Of a DNA stretch of 64,000 nt, positions 49,713 to 59,372 are shown piece by piece. The stretch lies in NCBI GenBank assembly GCA_041662605.1, contig JBAZSD010000012.1, forward strand, positions 38,788 to 102,787, read 5' to 3'. A model generated the notes under the pieces. It made no database searches. It was not told where the DNA came from and was given only the letters and a program-made list of their open reading frames with translations. Origin of the DNA: Desulfomonilaceae bacterium. Its GTDB lineage: Bacteria > Desulfobacterota > Desulfomonilia > Desulfomonilales > Desulfomonilaceae. The stretch's first letter is position 1. Every line of letters starts with the position of its first letter. A program made the position numbers and the translations under genes.

Positions 49713-50906
49713 TCAGTGTGTGTAAATTGTTGGGATTACGCTCATTCCGATTCTTAGAGCCGGAAAGGGATTGGGTGTTTTTGTATCGAAAACTATTTTT
49801 ACCGGTATACGTTGAACTATTTTCACATAGTTGCCTGTGGCGTTCTCCGGAGGGAAGAGAGAAAAGGCTGCGCCAGTGCCGGACATTATTGAATCAACGG
49901 TCCCTTTGAATTTGATTCCCGGGTAAGTGTCAACCTCAATACTTGCTTGCTGGCCCGGTTTGACACCGTGCAATTGAGTCTCTTTGAAATTTGCCGTAAC
50001 CCAAATCAAACTAGGGTTCAAAGGAACGATTGCCATCAGAGGCTGACCTCTAGACACCATCTGGCCCGGTTCTACCTTCTTTCGTGTGACGAATCCATGT
50101 GTTGGAGATTTAATGCTTGTGTAGCCAAGGTTCAGATCAGCCTGTCGAACCCTTGCTCGGGCCAGTTCAACCCGAGCCTGTTGGGCTTCTACCTGTCTGG
50201 CCCTAATCTTAGCCTGGTCCTCACCGGTATTCGCCAAACGGATATTGGCTCCCAGACGATCCTTATCTGAAATCAAAGCCGCTTTCTGTTTTTTTACTGC
50301 GCCAAGGCGGGCTTGAGCCGCGTTTACCTGCGCCAAGGTAGTTTGAACACGGGTTTCTACATCATCAAGTGTAGACTGAGATATCGCCTGGCTTTTAATT
50401 AATTCATTCATTCGCTTGTAATCAATTAGGGCTTTATCATGTTCGGCCGCTGCGCGTAGTAAGTCTTGCGCTGCAGCCTCTTCATCCTTGTTTTTTGTTT
50501 CAAGATTCTTGTTGAGGGTGTTTAGTTCCGACTCGGCCCCCCGTACCTTTTGCTCGGTCTGACTAAGTTCCAAGGGAACCCCGAGTTCCAGGGATGTCAA
50601 TGTCGATTCGGATTCCGCCAAGTTAGCTTTGGCTTCCGCGAGAGCTACTTCGTATTCAGTGGGGTCCAGAGACAGCAATGGAGAGCCCTCGAGAACTTCC
50701 TGATTGTCATCCACATCAACCGAGATGACGTAGCCGGCCACTCTGGGAGTTACGGAAAAAATGTGGCCATCGACAAAAGCGTCATCGGTGGATACCTGGC
50801 CAATGGTCATATAATAATATCCACCCCCAACTGCGATCAGTAGGGTTAGTACCGCCACAATTATATAGATCTTAAGTTTGTTGTTGTTTTTCAGTCCTTC
50901 TGGCAA
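49713..50906 (-). CDS. HlyD/EmrA-family membrane fusion (periplasmic adaptor) protein
   Basis: N-terminal TM helix, then the pattern STDDAFVDGHIFSVTPRVAGYV..V, a long coiled-coil, and a beta-barrel C-terminus typical of EmrA. Confidence 0.8.
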   Translation of the reverse strand: MPEGLKNNNKLKIYIIVAVLTLLIAVGGGYYYMTIGQVSTDDAFVDGHIFSVTPRVAGYVISVDVDDNQEVLEGSPLLSLDPTEYEVALAEAKANLAESESTLTSLELGVPLELSQTEQKVRGAESELNTLNKNLETKNKDEEAAAQDLLRAAAEHDKALIDYKRMNELIKSQAISQSTLDDVETRVQTTLAQVNAAQARLGAVKKQKAALISDKDRLGANIRLANTGEDQAKIRARQVEAQQARVELARARVRQADLNLGYTSIKSPTHGFVTRKKVEPGQMVSRGQPLMAIVPLNPSLIWVTANFKETQLHGVKPGQQASIEVDTYPGIKFKGTVDSIMSGTGAAFSLFPPENATGNYVKIVQRIPVKIVFDTKTPNPFPALRIGMSVIPTIYTH

Positions 50907-51076
50907 ACTCTAAATACCGTATGAAAGGCCGCTTTCTGCATTTTTATCCCTAATCGAGTCTAACAGACGAAAACAAGGAGGTCAATCTCGGTAACCCACA
51001 GTCGGAATAAAACCTGCTCGGGACGACAGGCGGATATCCCATGTAATTATTGCAACACAGGGTCGGGCTCGACAAC

Positions 51077-51119
51077 TTGACTTGTGCCACGAAAGGCCGT
51101 AAGTTGCAATTAGTGCAAC
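51077..51119 (+). promoter_or_regulatory. Candidate sigma70 promoter overlapped by a palindromic operator upstream of cbiM
   Basis: TTGACT (51077-51082), 17-nt spacer, TAAGTT (51100-51105). The inverted repeat GTTGCA-N5-TGCAAC (51103-51119) overlaps the -10/+1 region. A further TTGCAAC lies at 51050-51056. Confidence 0.4.
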
Positions 51120-51149
51120 CTAGGTCCACGTTAAGGAATACGGAGAACG

Positions 51150-51752
51150 ATGCATATATCCGAAGGAGTACTCTCCGGCGCCGTTTTGATAGCCGGCGCA
51201 GGACTGTCCACTGTAGGCGTGGGTATTGGAATCAAGAATCTCGATTACGATCAAATTCCTAAGGTCGGACTCTTGTCAGCAGTTTTCTTTGTAGCCTCCC
51301 TAGTCCATATTCCTGTGGGCCCAGCGTCCGCCCATCTGGTTCTTAGTGGTTTGTGCGGGCTTTTGCTTGGATGGACAGCGTTTCCAGCTATTCTTGTCGG
51401 CCTCAGTTTTCAGGCTTTGCTCTTTCAGTTCGGAGGACTTACCACACTTGGAGCCAATACTTTTAACATAGCCTTTCCAGCGGTTCTCCTGGGAATGACG
51501 TTGGGGAAATTAGTAAATAGTGGAAATTCCGCCATCAGAATGACGGCCGAATTTCTTTGTGGGGCTGGATCCATATTCTTCTCGGGACTTCTGGTAGCGC
51601 TGTCCCTTTTTGCGACAGGTAAGGCTTTCTTGCCGGCCTCAAAGTTGATTATCCTGGCTCACATACCTATCATGCTGATTGAAGGATTAATTACAGTATT
51701 CATAGTAGAGTTTGTCAAAAAGGTTAGACCGGAAATCTTGAGCCCAGCCTAG
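51150..51752 (+). CDS. cbiM: ECF-type cobalt/nickel transporter substrate-capture component CbiM/NikM
   Basis: Characteristic N-terminus MHISEGVLS (the Met-His metal-ligand end). 200 aa and polytopic. Confidence 0.8.
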   Translation: MHISEGVLSGAVLIAGAGLSTVGVGIGIKNLDYDQIPKVGLLSAVFFVASLVHIPVGPASAHLVLSGLCGLLLGWTAFPAILVGLSFQALLFQFGGLTTLGANTFNIAFPAVLLGMTLGKLVNSGNSAIRMTAEFLCGAGSIFFSGLLVALSLFATGKAFLPASKLIILAHIPIMLIEGLITVFIVEFVKKVRPEILSPA

Positions 51753-51835
51753 TGTCTCCCGGATAACTAAATTAATTAGATAGGTCAAACGCTTGGGTTT
51801 TGCGTGGGAATAACTATTGGGGCGTTGAAAATTTT

Positions 51836-52579
51836 ATGAGATTAACTGAATTTTCACATGGGGATTCTTTCATACATCTGATGGATCCGAGATCAAAAAT
51901 TGTAACCACCGTCATCTTTTCAGTTTTTGTAGCGGTCAACAATTCTCTCCAGGTATGCGCATTGGCTCTAATCTTCCCTTTAGCCATGCTAGCATTGGGA
52001 AGGATAAGCTTTTCAAAGACGCTTAGACGTCTTGCGGCAATAAATTCTTTTCTGGTTATATTGTGGTTACTCTTACCATTTTCATACCCAGGAGACCCCC
52101 TGTTTACGATAGGCTCCTGGACAGCGACCCGACAGGGCGCGTTGATGGCTCTGATGATCACATTGAAATCCAATGCGATAGTAATAACCATGATAGCGCT
52201 CTTGGGATCATCATCAATATTTAGTCTGGCCCATGCTCTGACTCACCTCGGGGTACCGGAAAAGATAGCCCTGCTGTTCTTTTTTTCGTACCGTTATATT
52301 CATGTTATTAATACTGAATTTGAAACTCTCAGCCGAGCCATGAAAATCAGGTCTTTCAGACCAAACATGAACATTCATACATACAGGAGCTATGCGTATT
52401 TAGTAGGGATGTTGCTTGTCAAAAGCTTTGACAGGTCGAACCGAATAATGGCCGCCATGAAGTGTCGTGGTTTTAAAGGTAAATTTTACATTCTTCATCA
52501 TTATCAGATGAAACGAATGGATTTTCTGCTACCTGCGGTAAGTGGGATTTTTGCGGTCCTGATTATGGTGGTTCGATGA
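51836..52579 (+). CDS. cbiQ: ECF transporter transmembrane (T) component CbiQ
   Basis: MRLTEFSHGDSFIHLMDPRSKI N-terminus and an ...RSF..R.. C-terminal region. The ORF track begins at TTG 51800. Confidence 0.75.
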   Translation: MRLTEFSHGDSFIHLMDPRSKIVTTVIFSVFVAVNNSLQVCALALIFPLAMLALGRISFSKTLRRLAAINSFLVILWLLLPFSYPGDPLFTIGSWTATRQGALMALMITLKSNAIVITMIALLGSSSIFSLAHALTHLGVPEKIALLFFFSYRYIHVINTEFETLSRAMKIRSFRPNMNIHTYRSYAYLVGMLLVKSFDRSNRIMAAMKCRGFKGKFYILHHYQMKRMDFLLPAVSGIFAVLIMVVR

Positions 52580-53220
52580 TCAATCTCAGTGATATTTCTT
52601 TCCGATATGACACGAAATACGTGCTCAAAGCGGTGAATCTAACGATAAAAACCGGGGATAGGATTGGGCTGATTGGTGGAAACGGGACAGGGAAAACGAC
52701 TCTGTGTCACATTATTATGGGGCTGATAAAACCTGAATCCGGAGCCGTCGCCATTTTTGGCAAGCGTCGCCAAACAGAGTCTGATTTTGCCGAGATCCGC
52801 CCACGCGTCGGCTTTTTGTTTCAGGATTCCGATGATCAGCTCTTCTGTCCTACGGTATTGGAAGATGTAGCGTTTGGTCCCCTGAACTTGGGCAAGTCTG
52901 CCGAAGAGGCCAAAAAGATAGTCTCAAAAACGCTTGACGACTTGAATTTAAGCGGCTTCGAAGATCGCATAACTTACAAGCTTTCCGGAGGAGAAAAGAG
53001 ACTGGTAGCACTTGCGACAGTCCTTGCAATGAACCCTGAGGTCCTTATTTTGGACGAACCCACGAGCGGTTTGGATGATGATACTACGCAGAGACTCATA
53101 GATATTTTAAACAAATCCAGTTTGACCTACCTGTTGATATCCCATGACAAGGAATTCACGCGAAAGACAAGTTCTTCAATACTGACCATGAATGGTGGAA
53201 CAATTCACGGCGAATCCTGA
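52576..53220 (+). CDS. cbiO: ECF transporter ATPase CbiO
   Basis: Walker A GGNGTGKTT, signature LSGGEKRLVALA, Walker B LILDEPTSGLD. 4-nt overlap with cbiQ. Confidence 0.8.
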   Translation: MINLSDISFRYDTKYVLKAVNLTIKTGDRIGLIGGNGTGKTTLCHIIMGLIKPESGAVAIFGKRRQTESDFAEIRPRVGFLFQDSDDQLFCPTVLEDVAFGPLNLGKSAEEAKKIVSKTLDDLNLSGFEDRITYKLSGGEKRLVALATVLAMNPEVLILDEPTSGLDDDTTQRLIDILNKSSLTYLLISHDKEFTRKTSSSILTMNGGTIHGES

Positions 53221-53268
53221 TCTTTGTCGGGACCTGCGGCAAATAACAATAAGTATAATAGTTAGTTA

Positions 53269-53297
53269 TTGACTAAATATTATGTTAATGGTATGAT
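53269..53297 (+). promoter_or_regulatory. Candidate sigma70 promoter for rlpA
   Basis: TTGACT (53269-53274), 17-nt spacer, TATGAT (53292-53297), within an AT-rich intergenic region 50 nt upstream of ATG 53348. Confidence 0.45.
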
Positions 53298-53347
53298 TAT
53301 GGCTGATATAATTACTTTATTAATTTGTAATAACAGCGAAAACATAA

Positions 53348-53908
53348 ATGCCTTGTCGTGTGATCGCTCTACTCTTTCTTGCCACCTTTTTATGCGGCTG
53401 CGCCGCAACGCCTAGTCTTGTCAAACTGGATCGATTCAAGGGATACATCATAAAAGGGAAGACCTATCATCCCATGAAAATAGTGAAGGTGGGTTACAAG
53501 CAGGACGGTGTCGCTTCATGGTATGGGCCGGGTTTTCACGGTAGGAAAACGGCGTCCGGAGAAGTATATGACATGAACGAGATGACGGCGGCTCACAGTG
53601 AACTACCCCTGAATACACTACTGAAAGTGACAAATCTCAACAATCGCAGACAAGTCATCGTTCGTGTGAACGATAGGGGACCTTTTGTGGGAGACAGGGT
53701 GATCGACATGTCGTTCGCCGCTGCGCAAGATCTCGGGATGGTGACTCCTGGAACAGTTCCAGTCAAACTTGAAGTGATCGGGACGACCACGCAATTGGCT
53801 TCGGTAAAGAAAAAGAGACGCAATGTTCTCGCATCTCATGCTCCTGCTACTCCAAATCCATATTACGCTTCCAAGAGCCGGGGGTTCCTGGCTCTCCTTC
53901 GGAACTGA
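53348..53908 (+). CDS. rlpA: Septal ring lytic transglycosylase RlpA (DPBB domain lipoprotein)
   Basis: Lipobox LCGC. GVASWYGPGFHGRKTASGEVYD...AAH..LPL...KVTN..N.R.V.VRVNDRGPF. Confidence 0.85.
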   Translation: MPCRVIALLFLATFLCGCAATPSLVKLDRFKGYIIKGKTYHPMKIVKVGYKQDGVASWYGPGFHGRKTASGEVYDMNEMTAAHSELPLNTLLKVTNLNNRRQVIVRVNDRGPFVGDRVIDMSFAAAQDLGMVTPGTVPVKLEVIGTTTQLASVKKKRRNVLASHAPATPNPYYASKSRGFLALLRN

Positions 53909-54010
53909 TCAACCTAACCGTTACTTGGGCCAGACTGAAAGGGTTGCAAATAAGGGGCTGCGAGGGTAGACTTACCTTTAAATCAAGTTTCCAAGATTGC
54001 AGGATTTAAT

Positions 54011-55339
54011 TTGAGTGTGACCATTGTCGGAGCTGGTCTTGCTGGCTGCGAAGCTTCCTGGGCGGTAGCGGGGCTGGGTGTTTCTGTTCGTTTGATTGAA
54101 ATGAAACCAAACCGGTTTTCTCCAGCTCACACGTCGACGGATTTTGGAGAATTGGTTTGTTCCAATTCACTGCGGTCGGCGTCATTGAAATCCGCCGTAG
54201 GGCTACTTAAAGAAGAACTTCGAAGTTTGGGCTCGCTTATCATGCAAGCGGCCGATCATACGTCTGTTCCCGCGGGTAAGGCTTTAGCTGTCGACAGGGA
54301 TCATTTTTCAAAATTCATAACCGAACAGATAGAAAAATGTCCTCTGATAAATGTTGAACGGAGAGAAGTTGCGGAAGCGCCTCTAGGAGCGACGGACCCG
54401 GTTATAATCGCCACCGGTCCCCTGACATCTGATCCTTTGGCTGAAGACATAGCGAACAAACTCGGCGCCTCGAAACTCCACTTTTACGACGCGATCGCTC
54501 CAATAGTTTATTCGGACAGTCTCGATATGGAGAAACTGTTCAGGGCCTCGCGTTACGAAGATGGCGAGGGAGATTATCTGAATGCTCCAATGAATCGCGA
54601 TCTATACGAGAATTTCGTCACTGAGATTAACAACGCGACAAAATTGGAGCCTCATCCGTTTGAAAAGATCCCGCATTTTGAAGGATGCCTCCCTATAGAG
54701 GAACTGGCGTCAAGGGGAATGGCCACACTCGCGTTTGGTCCAATGAAGCCGGTAGGCCTGGCTGATCCTCGGGATGGACGGAGACCTTACGCCGTAGTCC
54801 AACTTAGGGCGGAAAATCGTGAAAGAACGCTTTACAATTTGGTCGGATTCCAGACGAAAATGACTCATCTAGAACAAGAGCGGGTCTTCCGGATGATACC
54901 GGGTTTGGAAAAGGCGGTATTCGCTCGTCTAGGGTCGATTCACAGGAATACATATATTGACTCCCCGTCCCTGCTCGATGAGTTTTCTCGCTCCAGGGAC
55001 TTTCCAAATATCTTCTTTGCCGGCCAAATCACCGGGGTTGAGGGTTACGTAGAATCAACCGCCTCCGGTCTGGTGGTTGGATCCATGGCCGCCTTGATTT
55101 CTAAGGGAGTCCAGCCGTCGATACCATCGGCTGAATCGGCAATTGGTGGGTTGCTCAAACACACACGCGAATTACCGAGAAAAAGATATGAGCCGATGAA
55201 CGTGAACTACGGAATGATTGAACAGGGAGTCACTCGCCGTGGGAAACCATCGAGGGAGGAAACAGCGGAACGCGCCCTGATGGCCGTGAGAAAGTGGAAA
55301 GATGAAATCGATGACGCACTCCGAAACGCAGGCTTGTGA
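54011..55339 (+). CDS. trmFO: Methylenetetrahydrofolate--tRNA-(uracil54-C5)-methyltransferase TrmFO
   Basis: FAD motif VGAGLAGCEA. NSLRS, and GFQTKM...FAGQITGVEGYVES. TTG start. Confidence 0.85.
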   Translation: MSVTIVGAGLAGCEASWAVAGLGVSVRLIEMKPNRFSPAHTSTDFGELVCSNSLRSASLKSAVGLLKEELRSLGSLIMQAADHTSVPAGKALAVDRDHFSKFITEQIEKCPLINVERREVAEAPLGATDPVIIATGPLTSDPLAEDIANKLGASKLHFYDAIAPIVYSDSLDMEKLFRASRYEDGEGDYLNAPMNRDLYENFVTEINNATKLEPHPFEKIPHFEGCLPIEELASRGMATLAFGPMKPVGLADPRDGRRPYAVVQLRAENRERTLYNLVGFQTKMTHLEQERVFRMIPGLEKAVFARLGSIHRNTYIDSPSLLDEFSRSRDFPNIFFAGQITGVEGYVESTASGLVVGSMAALISKGVQPSIPSAESAIGGLLKHTRELPRKRYEPMNVNYGMIEQGVTRRGKPSREETAERALMAVRKWKDEIDDALRNAGL

Positions 55340-56741
55340 AATCAATGATTCAGGAGAATTATACCAATTGGAACTGAGTGAACGCAAAATCTTTACTGTA
55401 AGCGAACTTACGGAAGAGATCCGCAAGGTTTTGGAGGGAACCTTTCCAATGGTTTGGGTTAAGGGGGAAATCTCTAACTTCAAACGGGCCCCGTCAGGTC
55501 ACACTTATTTGACATTGAAGGATGATAACTCCCAAATAAGATGCGTGATGTTCAAACATCAGAGTAAGTACCTAAAGTTTCAACTTGAGGATGGCTTAAA
55601 GATTCTCGCGTCGGGTAGAGTCAACGTTTATAGCCCGAGAGGCGAGTACCAGCTAATTTTGGAAACCATGGAGCCCGTAGGTCTGGGCAGCCTGATGCTG
55701 GCGCTTGAGCAACTCAAGACCAAGCTCGCGTCTGAAGGACTCTTTGATAGTTCAAGAAAGAAACCCCTGCCTAGGAGACCAGGCACGGTTGGCGTAGTGA
55801 CATCAGCTACGGGAGCCGCTGTTCGCGATATTATTCGAATAATAAAAAGAAGATCGCCGGGAATAAATATTCTGATCAGCCCTACTTCTGTGCAGGGCGA
55901 CAAGGCCCCCGAAGAAATAGTTTCTTCCCTGCAGAGGCTAGTTATTTCGGGAAAGCCTGATGTAATAATTATTGGAAGAGGCGGTGGGTCCATAGAGGAT
56001 CTTTGGGCGTTTAACGATGAAAGTGTGGTTAGGGCCGTGGCGTCGTGTTCTGTTCCCATAGTTAGCGCAGTAGGTCACGAGACTGATTTCACTCTTTCGG
56101 ATTTTGCAGCGGACGCTCGCGCTTCGACTCCTTCTGCCGCTGCCGAGATAATAGCCCCGGATGATCGTGACGCTTGGGACTCAGTCACCAGCCTGATCGC
56201 TCGATTGAAAAATGGAATCCGCGTTTGTCTGACAAGATCGGCTCAGACCCTGGATGATCTCACCAAAGGGTTCGAGTATCCATTGCGCCGGATCCAGGAT
56301 GAGCGTTCCAGAATTGAGGATCTTACGGAAAGAATTAGAAAAAGCTCCATAAGGATGCTGACTGACGCTAGAAAGGATCTGGTCGCGATGTCAGGGCGCT
56401 TGAGGCCCGAGATCCTTATGAGGAAAACAGCCACTATTTCAGGAGATTTGGGACGCCTTGTGACCCGACTGGAACGATCAACGAAAATTATCATGGATGA
56501 TTCTAAAAGCCGCGTGACAAATCTTGCCGCAAGACTGGACGCTTTAAGCCCTTTTAGAGTTCTAGCCAGAGGGTATACCATCACGTTCAGAACGACTGAT
56601 GGAACACTGCTTCGAGGAACCGGAGACGTTGATCAAGGAGAGGACATCCGGACGGTTGTTTCCGGAGGGTCAATAGTCTCTCGCGTTGTCAGTGTTGATC
56701 CGACTCCAATGGATTCCACAACCTTCAAGAAATTAAATTAA
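55302..56741 (+). CDS. xseA: Exodeoxyribonuclease VII large subunit
   Basis: FTVSELTEEIRKVLEGTFPMVWVKGEISNF (OB-fold N-terminus) and GRGGGSIEDLW. The alternative start TTG 55368 (MELSERKIFTVSEL, AGGAG upstream) would remove the 38-nt overlap with trmFO. Confidence 0.85.
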   Translation: MKSMTHSETQACEINDSGELYQLELSERKIFTVSELTEEIRKVLEGTFPMVWVKGEISNFKRAPSGHTYLTLKDDNSQIRCVMFKHQSKYLKFQLEDGLKILASGRVNVYSPRGEYQLILETMEPVGLGSLMLALEQLKTKLASEGLFDSSRKKPLPRRPGTVGVVTSATGAAVRDIIRIIKRRSPGINILISPTSVQGDKAPEEIVSSLQRLVISGKPDVIIIGRGGGSIEDLWAFNDESVVRAVASCSVPIVSAVGHETDFTLSDFAADARASTPSAAAEIIAPDDRDAWDSVTSLIARLKNGIRVCLTRSAQTLDDLTKGFEYPLRRIQDERSRIEDLTERIRKSSIRMLTDARKDLVAMSGRLRPEILMRKTATISGDLGRLVTRLERSTKIIMDDSKSRVTNLAARLDALSPFRVLARGYTITFRTTDGTLLRGTGDVDQGEDIRTVVSGGSIVSRVVSVDPTPMDSTTFKKLN

Positions 56742-56744
56742 GCA

Positions 56745-57551
56745 ATGAACTCAAATATTAACGCAACGGAAATTCTGGAGTTCACCAAAGAACTCGCGTC
56801 CGAGGCAGGAAAAATAATCATTTCATATTTTCAGGGCCGATTCGGCATTGAGTCCAAAGATAGCGCCCCGAACGGAATCGACATCGTGACTGACGCAGAC
56901 AAAGCATCAGAACGTTTTATTCTGAGTCAGATACGTAAGTCATTCCCCTCTCACGACATAATGACTGAGGAAACCTCCCTGGACAGATCAGGGTCGCGTT
57001 TTCTCTGGATTGTGGATCCCTTGGACGGCACAGTGAACTTCGCCCATTCATACCCGCAATTTTGCGTTTCCATAGCTCTCATGGAGCAAGAGGCAATTAG
57101 GCTGGGTGTTGTGTTTGACCCTGTGAGACAGGAAATGTTCTGGGCCTCCGATGGCGAAGGCGCTTTTTTAAACGGCTCCGCTATTCGTGTGACACAAAGC
57201 GACAATCTTTATAGGTGCATTGTCGGTACTGGTTTTCCCTATGACAAAGCAAGGTCAATGACCAACAATCTTAGGGAATTTTGCGCCGTAACGCTAAAGA
57301 CTCAGGGGATTCGACGGTCCGGTTCCGCTGCCCTGGATCTGGCTTGGGTAACATGCGGAAGACTGGATGGCTTCTGGGAACTCAAACTAAAACCCTGGGA
57401 TTTTGCCGCGGGAATGTTACTGGTTCGGGAGGCGGGTGGAACAGTCACGAATAGAAGAGGCCGCAAAATGAAAATTTCGAGCCAAAGCATTGTGGCCACG
57501 AATTCGTTTATTCATGATGAGTTGCTCAATATTCTGTTGTCCGTAGAATAA
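56745..57551 (+). CDS. Inositol monophosphatase family protein (SuhB-like)
   Basis: IMPase motifs WIVDPLDGTVNF and GSAALDLAWV. Confidence 0.8.
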   Translation: MNSNINATEILEFTKELASEAGKIIISYFQGRFGIESKDSAPNGIDIVTDADKASERFILSQIRKSFPSHDIMTEETSLDRSGSRFLWIVDPLDGTVNFAHSYPQFCVSIALMEQEAIRLGVVFDPVRQEMFWASDGEGAFLNGSAIRVTQSDNLYRCIVGTGFPYDKARSMTNNLREFCAVTLKTQGIRRSGSAALDLAWVTCGRLDGFWELKLKPWDFAAGMLLVREAGGTVTNRRGRKMKISSQSIVATNSFIHDELLNILLSVE

Positions 57552-57640
57552 AAAGCTCAGCCCGAACGTTTCGCATGCAAACATAGCCGGGACAAAAGAA
57601 AATGTTTTCTGACGTCTGAGGTCGCATCTGTGGAGGATTC

Positions 57641-58387
57641 TTGAACAGTCATCAGGTAAAGGATTTTGCGCGTCAATGCGGGGCCGATGTTGTGGGTATT
57701 GCCGATTTAGCGTTGCTGGAGGGCATTCAGACTGAACCGGCGGACTTGCTCCACGGATACCGTAGAGCTGTTAGTATTGGAGTGAGATTGGCCGATGGAA
57801 TTATTGACCCTATTGAAGACAGGCCTACGCCCCTTTATCAGCAGCACTATGCGAAGGTCAATATTCTGCTGGATGTTATTGCTCTAAAGGTGAGTCAGTA
57901 TATCCAGGCCAGAGGTTGCAAAACACTTCCAATACCAGCTTCACAGGTCCTTGATAAGGAAAACTGGACTTCCTATATCTCGCACAAGGCCGTAGCCATA
58001 GCGGCAGGGGTAGGATGGCAGGGAAAGAGCCTCCTTGTCGTGAACCCTGATTTTGGACCCAGGATTAGACTTGTGACCATACTCACCGATGCGGCTGTAA
58101 AACCAGATCACCCACAAAAAAATCGCTGTGGTCGTTGTTCTTTTTGCACAGAAGCTTGTCCTGTGGACGCCATCAAGAATGTGAACACAAATTCCCATTA
58201 TGAAAGTCGCGAACAGGCCCTGTATTTTGATCGTTGCCTCGCCAGGGTCACGGAAAATTCCGGTCGACCTTTTCTGGAAAGCCCCATTTGTGGTGTTTGC
58301 ATCCGCGCTTGTCCCTGGGGTAAGACGCGCAAGCGAAAAACAAGAGACTACGATGAATCCATTTCAAGAAGGATCAGACTGGATTGA
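57641..58387 (+). CDS. QueG-like (epoxyqueuosine reductase family) 4Fe-4S protein
   Basis: TTG start with GGAGG upstream. GVGWQGKSLLVVNPDFGPRIRL, plus two ferredoxin-type motifs CGRCSFCTEACP and CGVCIRACPWG. At 248 aa it is shorter than canonical QueG. Confidence 0.55.
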   Translation: MNSHQVKDFARQCGADVVGIADLALLEGIQTEPADLLHGYRRAVSIGVRLADGIIDPIEDRPTPLYQQHYAKVNILLDVIALKVSQYIQARGCKTLPIPASQVLDKENWTSYISHKAVAIAAGVGWQGKSLLVVNPDFGPRIRLVTILTDAAVKPDHPQKNRCGRCSFCTEACPVDAIKNVNTNSHYESREQALYFDRCLARVTENSGRPFLESPICGVCIRACPWGKTRKRKTRDYDESISRRIRLD

Positions 58388-58944
58388 CAAAAATGTTTTC
58401 AAACAAAAATCTTTATTGGGATCTGCTTAGCACAAGAGAAGATAGCCAATACCATCTGTTTTCAGTTGAAATAAACACTTGCAGGTCTCCTCGCACAGGA
58501 AAGCCGCATGAATTTCAGGTGCTGAAATCAACTGACTGGGTAGCGGTAATCGCATTGACGGAAAAAAGGGAAGTTGTTCTTGTCAATCAGTTTAGACACG
58601 GAACAAGGGAGCTATCCCTCGAACTACCGGGTGGGCTCGTAAAGCAGGGACAGTCTCCGGCCCAAAGCGCGGCTGAAGAACTCATGGAGGAAACCGGATT
58701 CACAGCTCCACATTTTAAACTGATTGGCTGGAATCACCCTTTTCCAGCAATCCTGACAAACAAATTTCACGTGTATTTGGCTGAAAACGCGGTTCCAACA
58801 GGCAAACTTAATCCAGATGAGACAGAAGAACTCGAAACCATAATGGTCCCCCTTGACGATCTGAAAGACTACGTCCGTAAGGAAAAAATAACCTGCGGGA
58901 TCATGATAGCGGCCATAGGAATGTTCTATCTCAATTCCGAATAA
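58384..58944 (+). CDS. NUDIX hydrolase (ADP-ribose pyrophosphatase-like)
   Basis: Nudix box GGLVKQGQSPAQSAAEELMEETGF. The start may be ATG 58393. Confidence 0.75.
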   Translation: MTKMFSNKNLYWDLLSTREDSQYHLFSVEINTCRSPRTGKPHEFQVLKSTDWVAVIALTEKREVVLVNQFRHGTRELSLELPGGLVKQGQSPAQSAAEELMEETGFTAPHFKLIGWNHPFPAILTNKFHVYLAENAVPTGKLNPDETEELETIMVPLDDLKDYVRKEKITCGIMIAAIGMFYLNSE

Positions 58945-58976
58945 AGACTGAAATTCCTCGTCACACTATCTTTCAA

Positions 58977-59372
58977 TCAGGAGACTTCCTGTTTCGGCTT
59001 TTCTTGGTCGGGACCGGGTTCCATTTTTTCGTCATTTTTTGACGTAGTCGTCTCGGGTTCAGACGAACTTGCCAAGAGTTCCGCATAGAAATCCGGACCT
59101 GCTTTTTCTCCCACGGGCAATTTCAAATCCTTGTCAGGTTCATCATTTTTTTTGGCGGCAGGCTCCGTGGCGGTAGGTTCACGATTGTAGTTGTATGAGG
59201 ATGAACTTGTTGTTGGTGGGCCATCCAGATCCAAATTGATGGAACGTTGAACGTCGGTCGCCATCTTTTGTAATTCCCGAACCATCCTGCCGACAACCCT
59301 CGCTGTCTCGGTCAATTGGCGGGGCCCTAGGAATATTAATCCGATAAGGGCAATGAGTCCTAATTCATACAT
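58977..59372 (-). CDS. Twin-arginine translocase TatA/TatB-family protein with a long charged tail
   Basis: MYELGLIALIGLIFLGPRQLTE is the TM helix plus hinge typical of TatA/B, followed by an amphipathic helix. The ORF track extends to 59414. Confidence 0.7.
   Translation of the reverse strand: MYELGLIALIGLIFLGPRQLTETARVVGRMVRELQKMATDVQRSINLDLDGPPTTSSSSYNYNREPTATEPAAKKNDEPDKDLKLPVGEKAGPDFYAELLASSSEPETTTSKNDEKMEPGPDQEKPKQEVS

Noticed and set aside
50907-51149. Cobalamin or NiCo riboswitch in the cbiM leader
   Set aside because: I could not find the B12-box (…AGYCMGgAgaCCkGCc… / GCCACUG core) or a convincing four-way-junction NiCo pattern. There are only loose resemblances (cgggacgacagg, acacagggtcgggc, tgccacg). 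A covariance-model scan is needed, so this is not reported as a feature.
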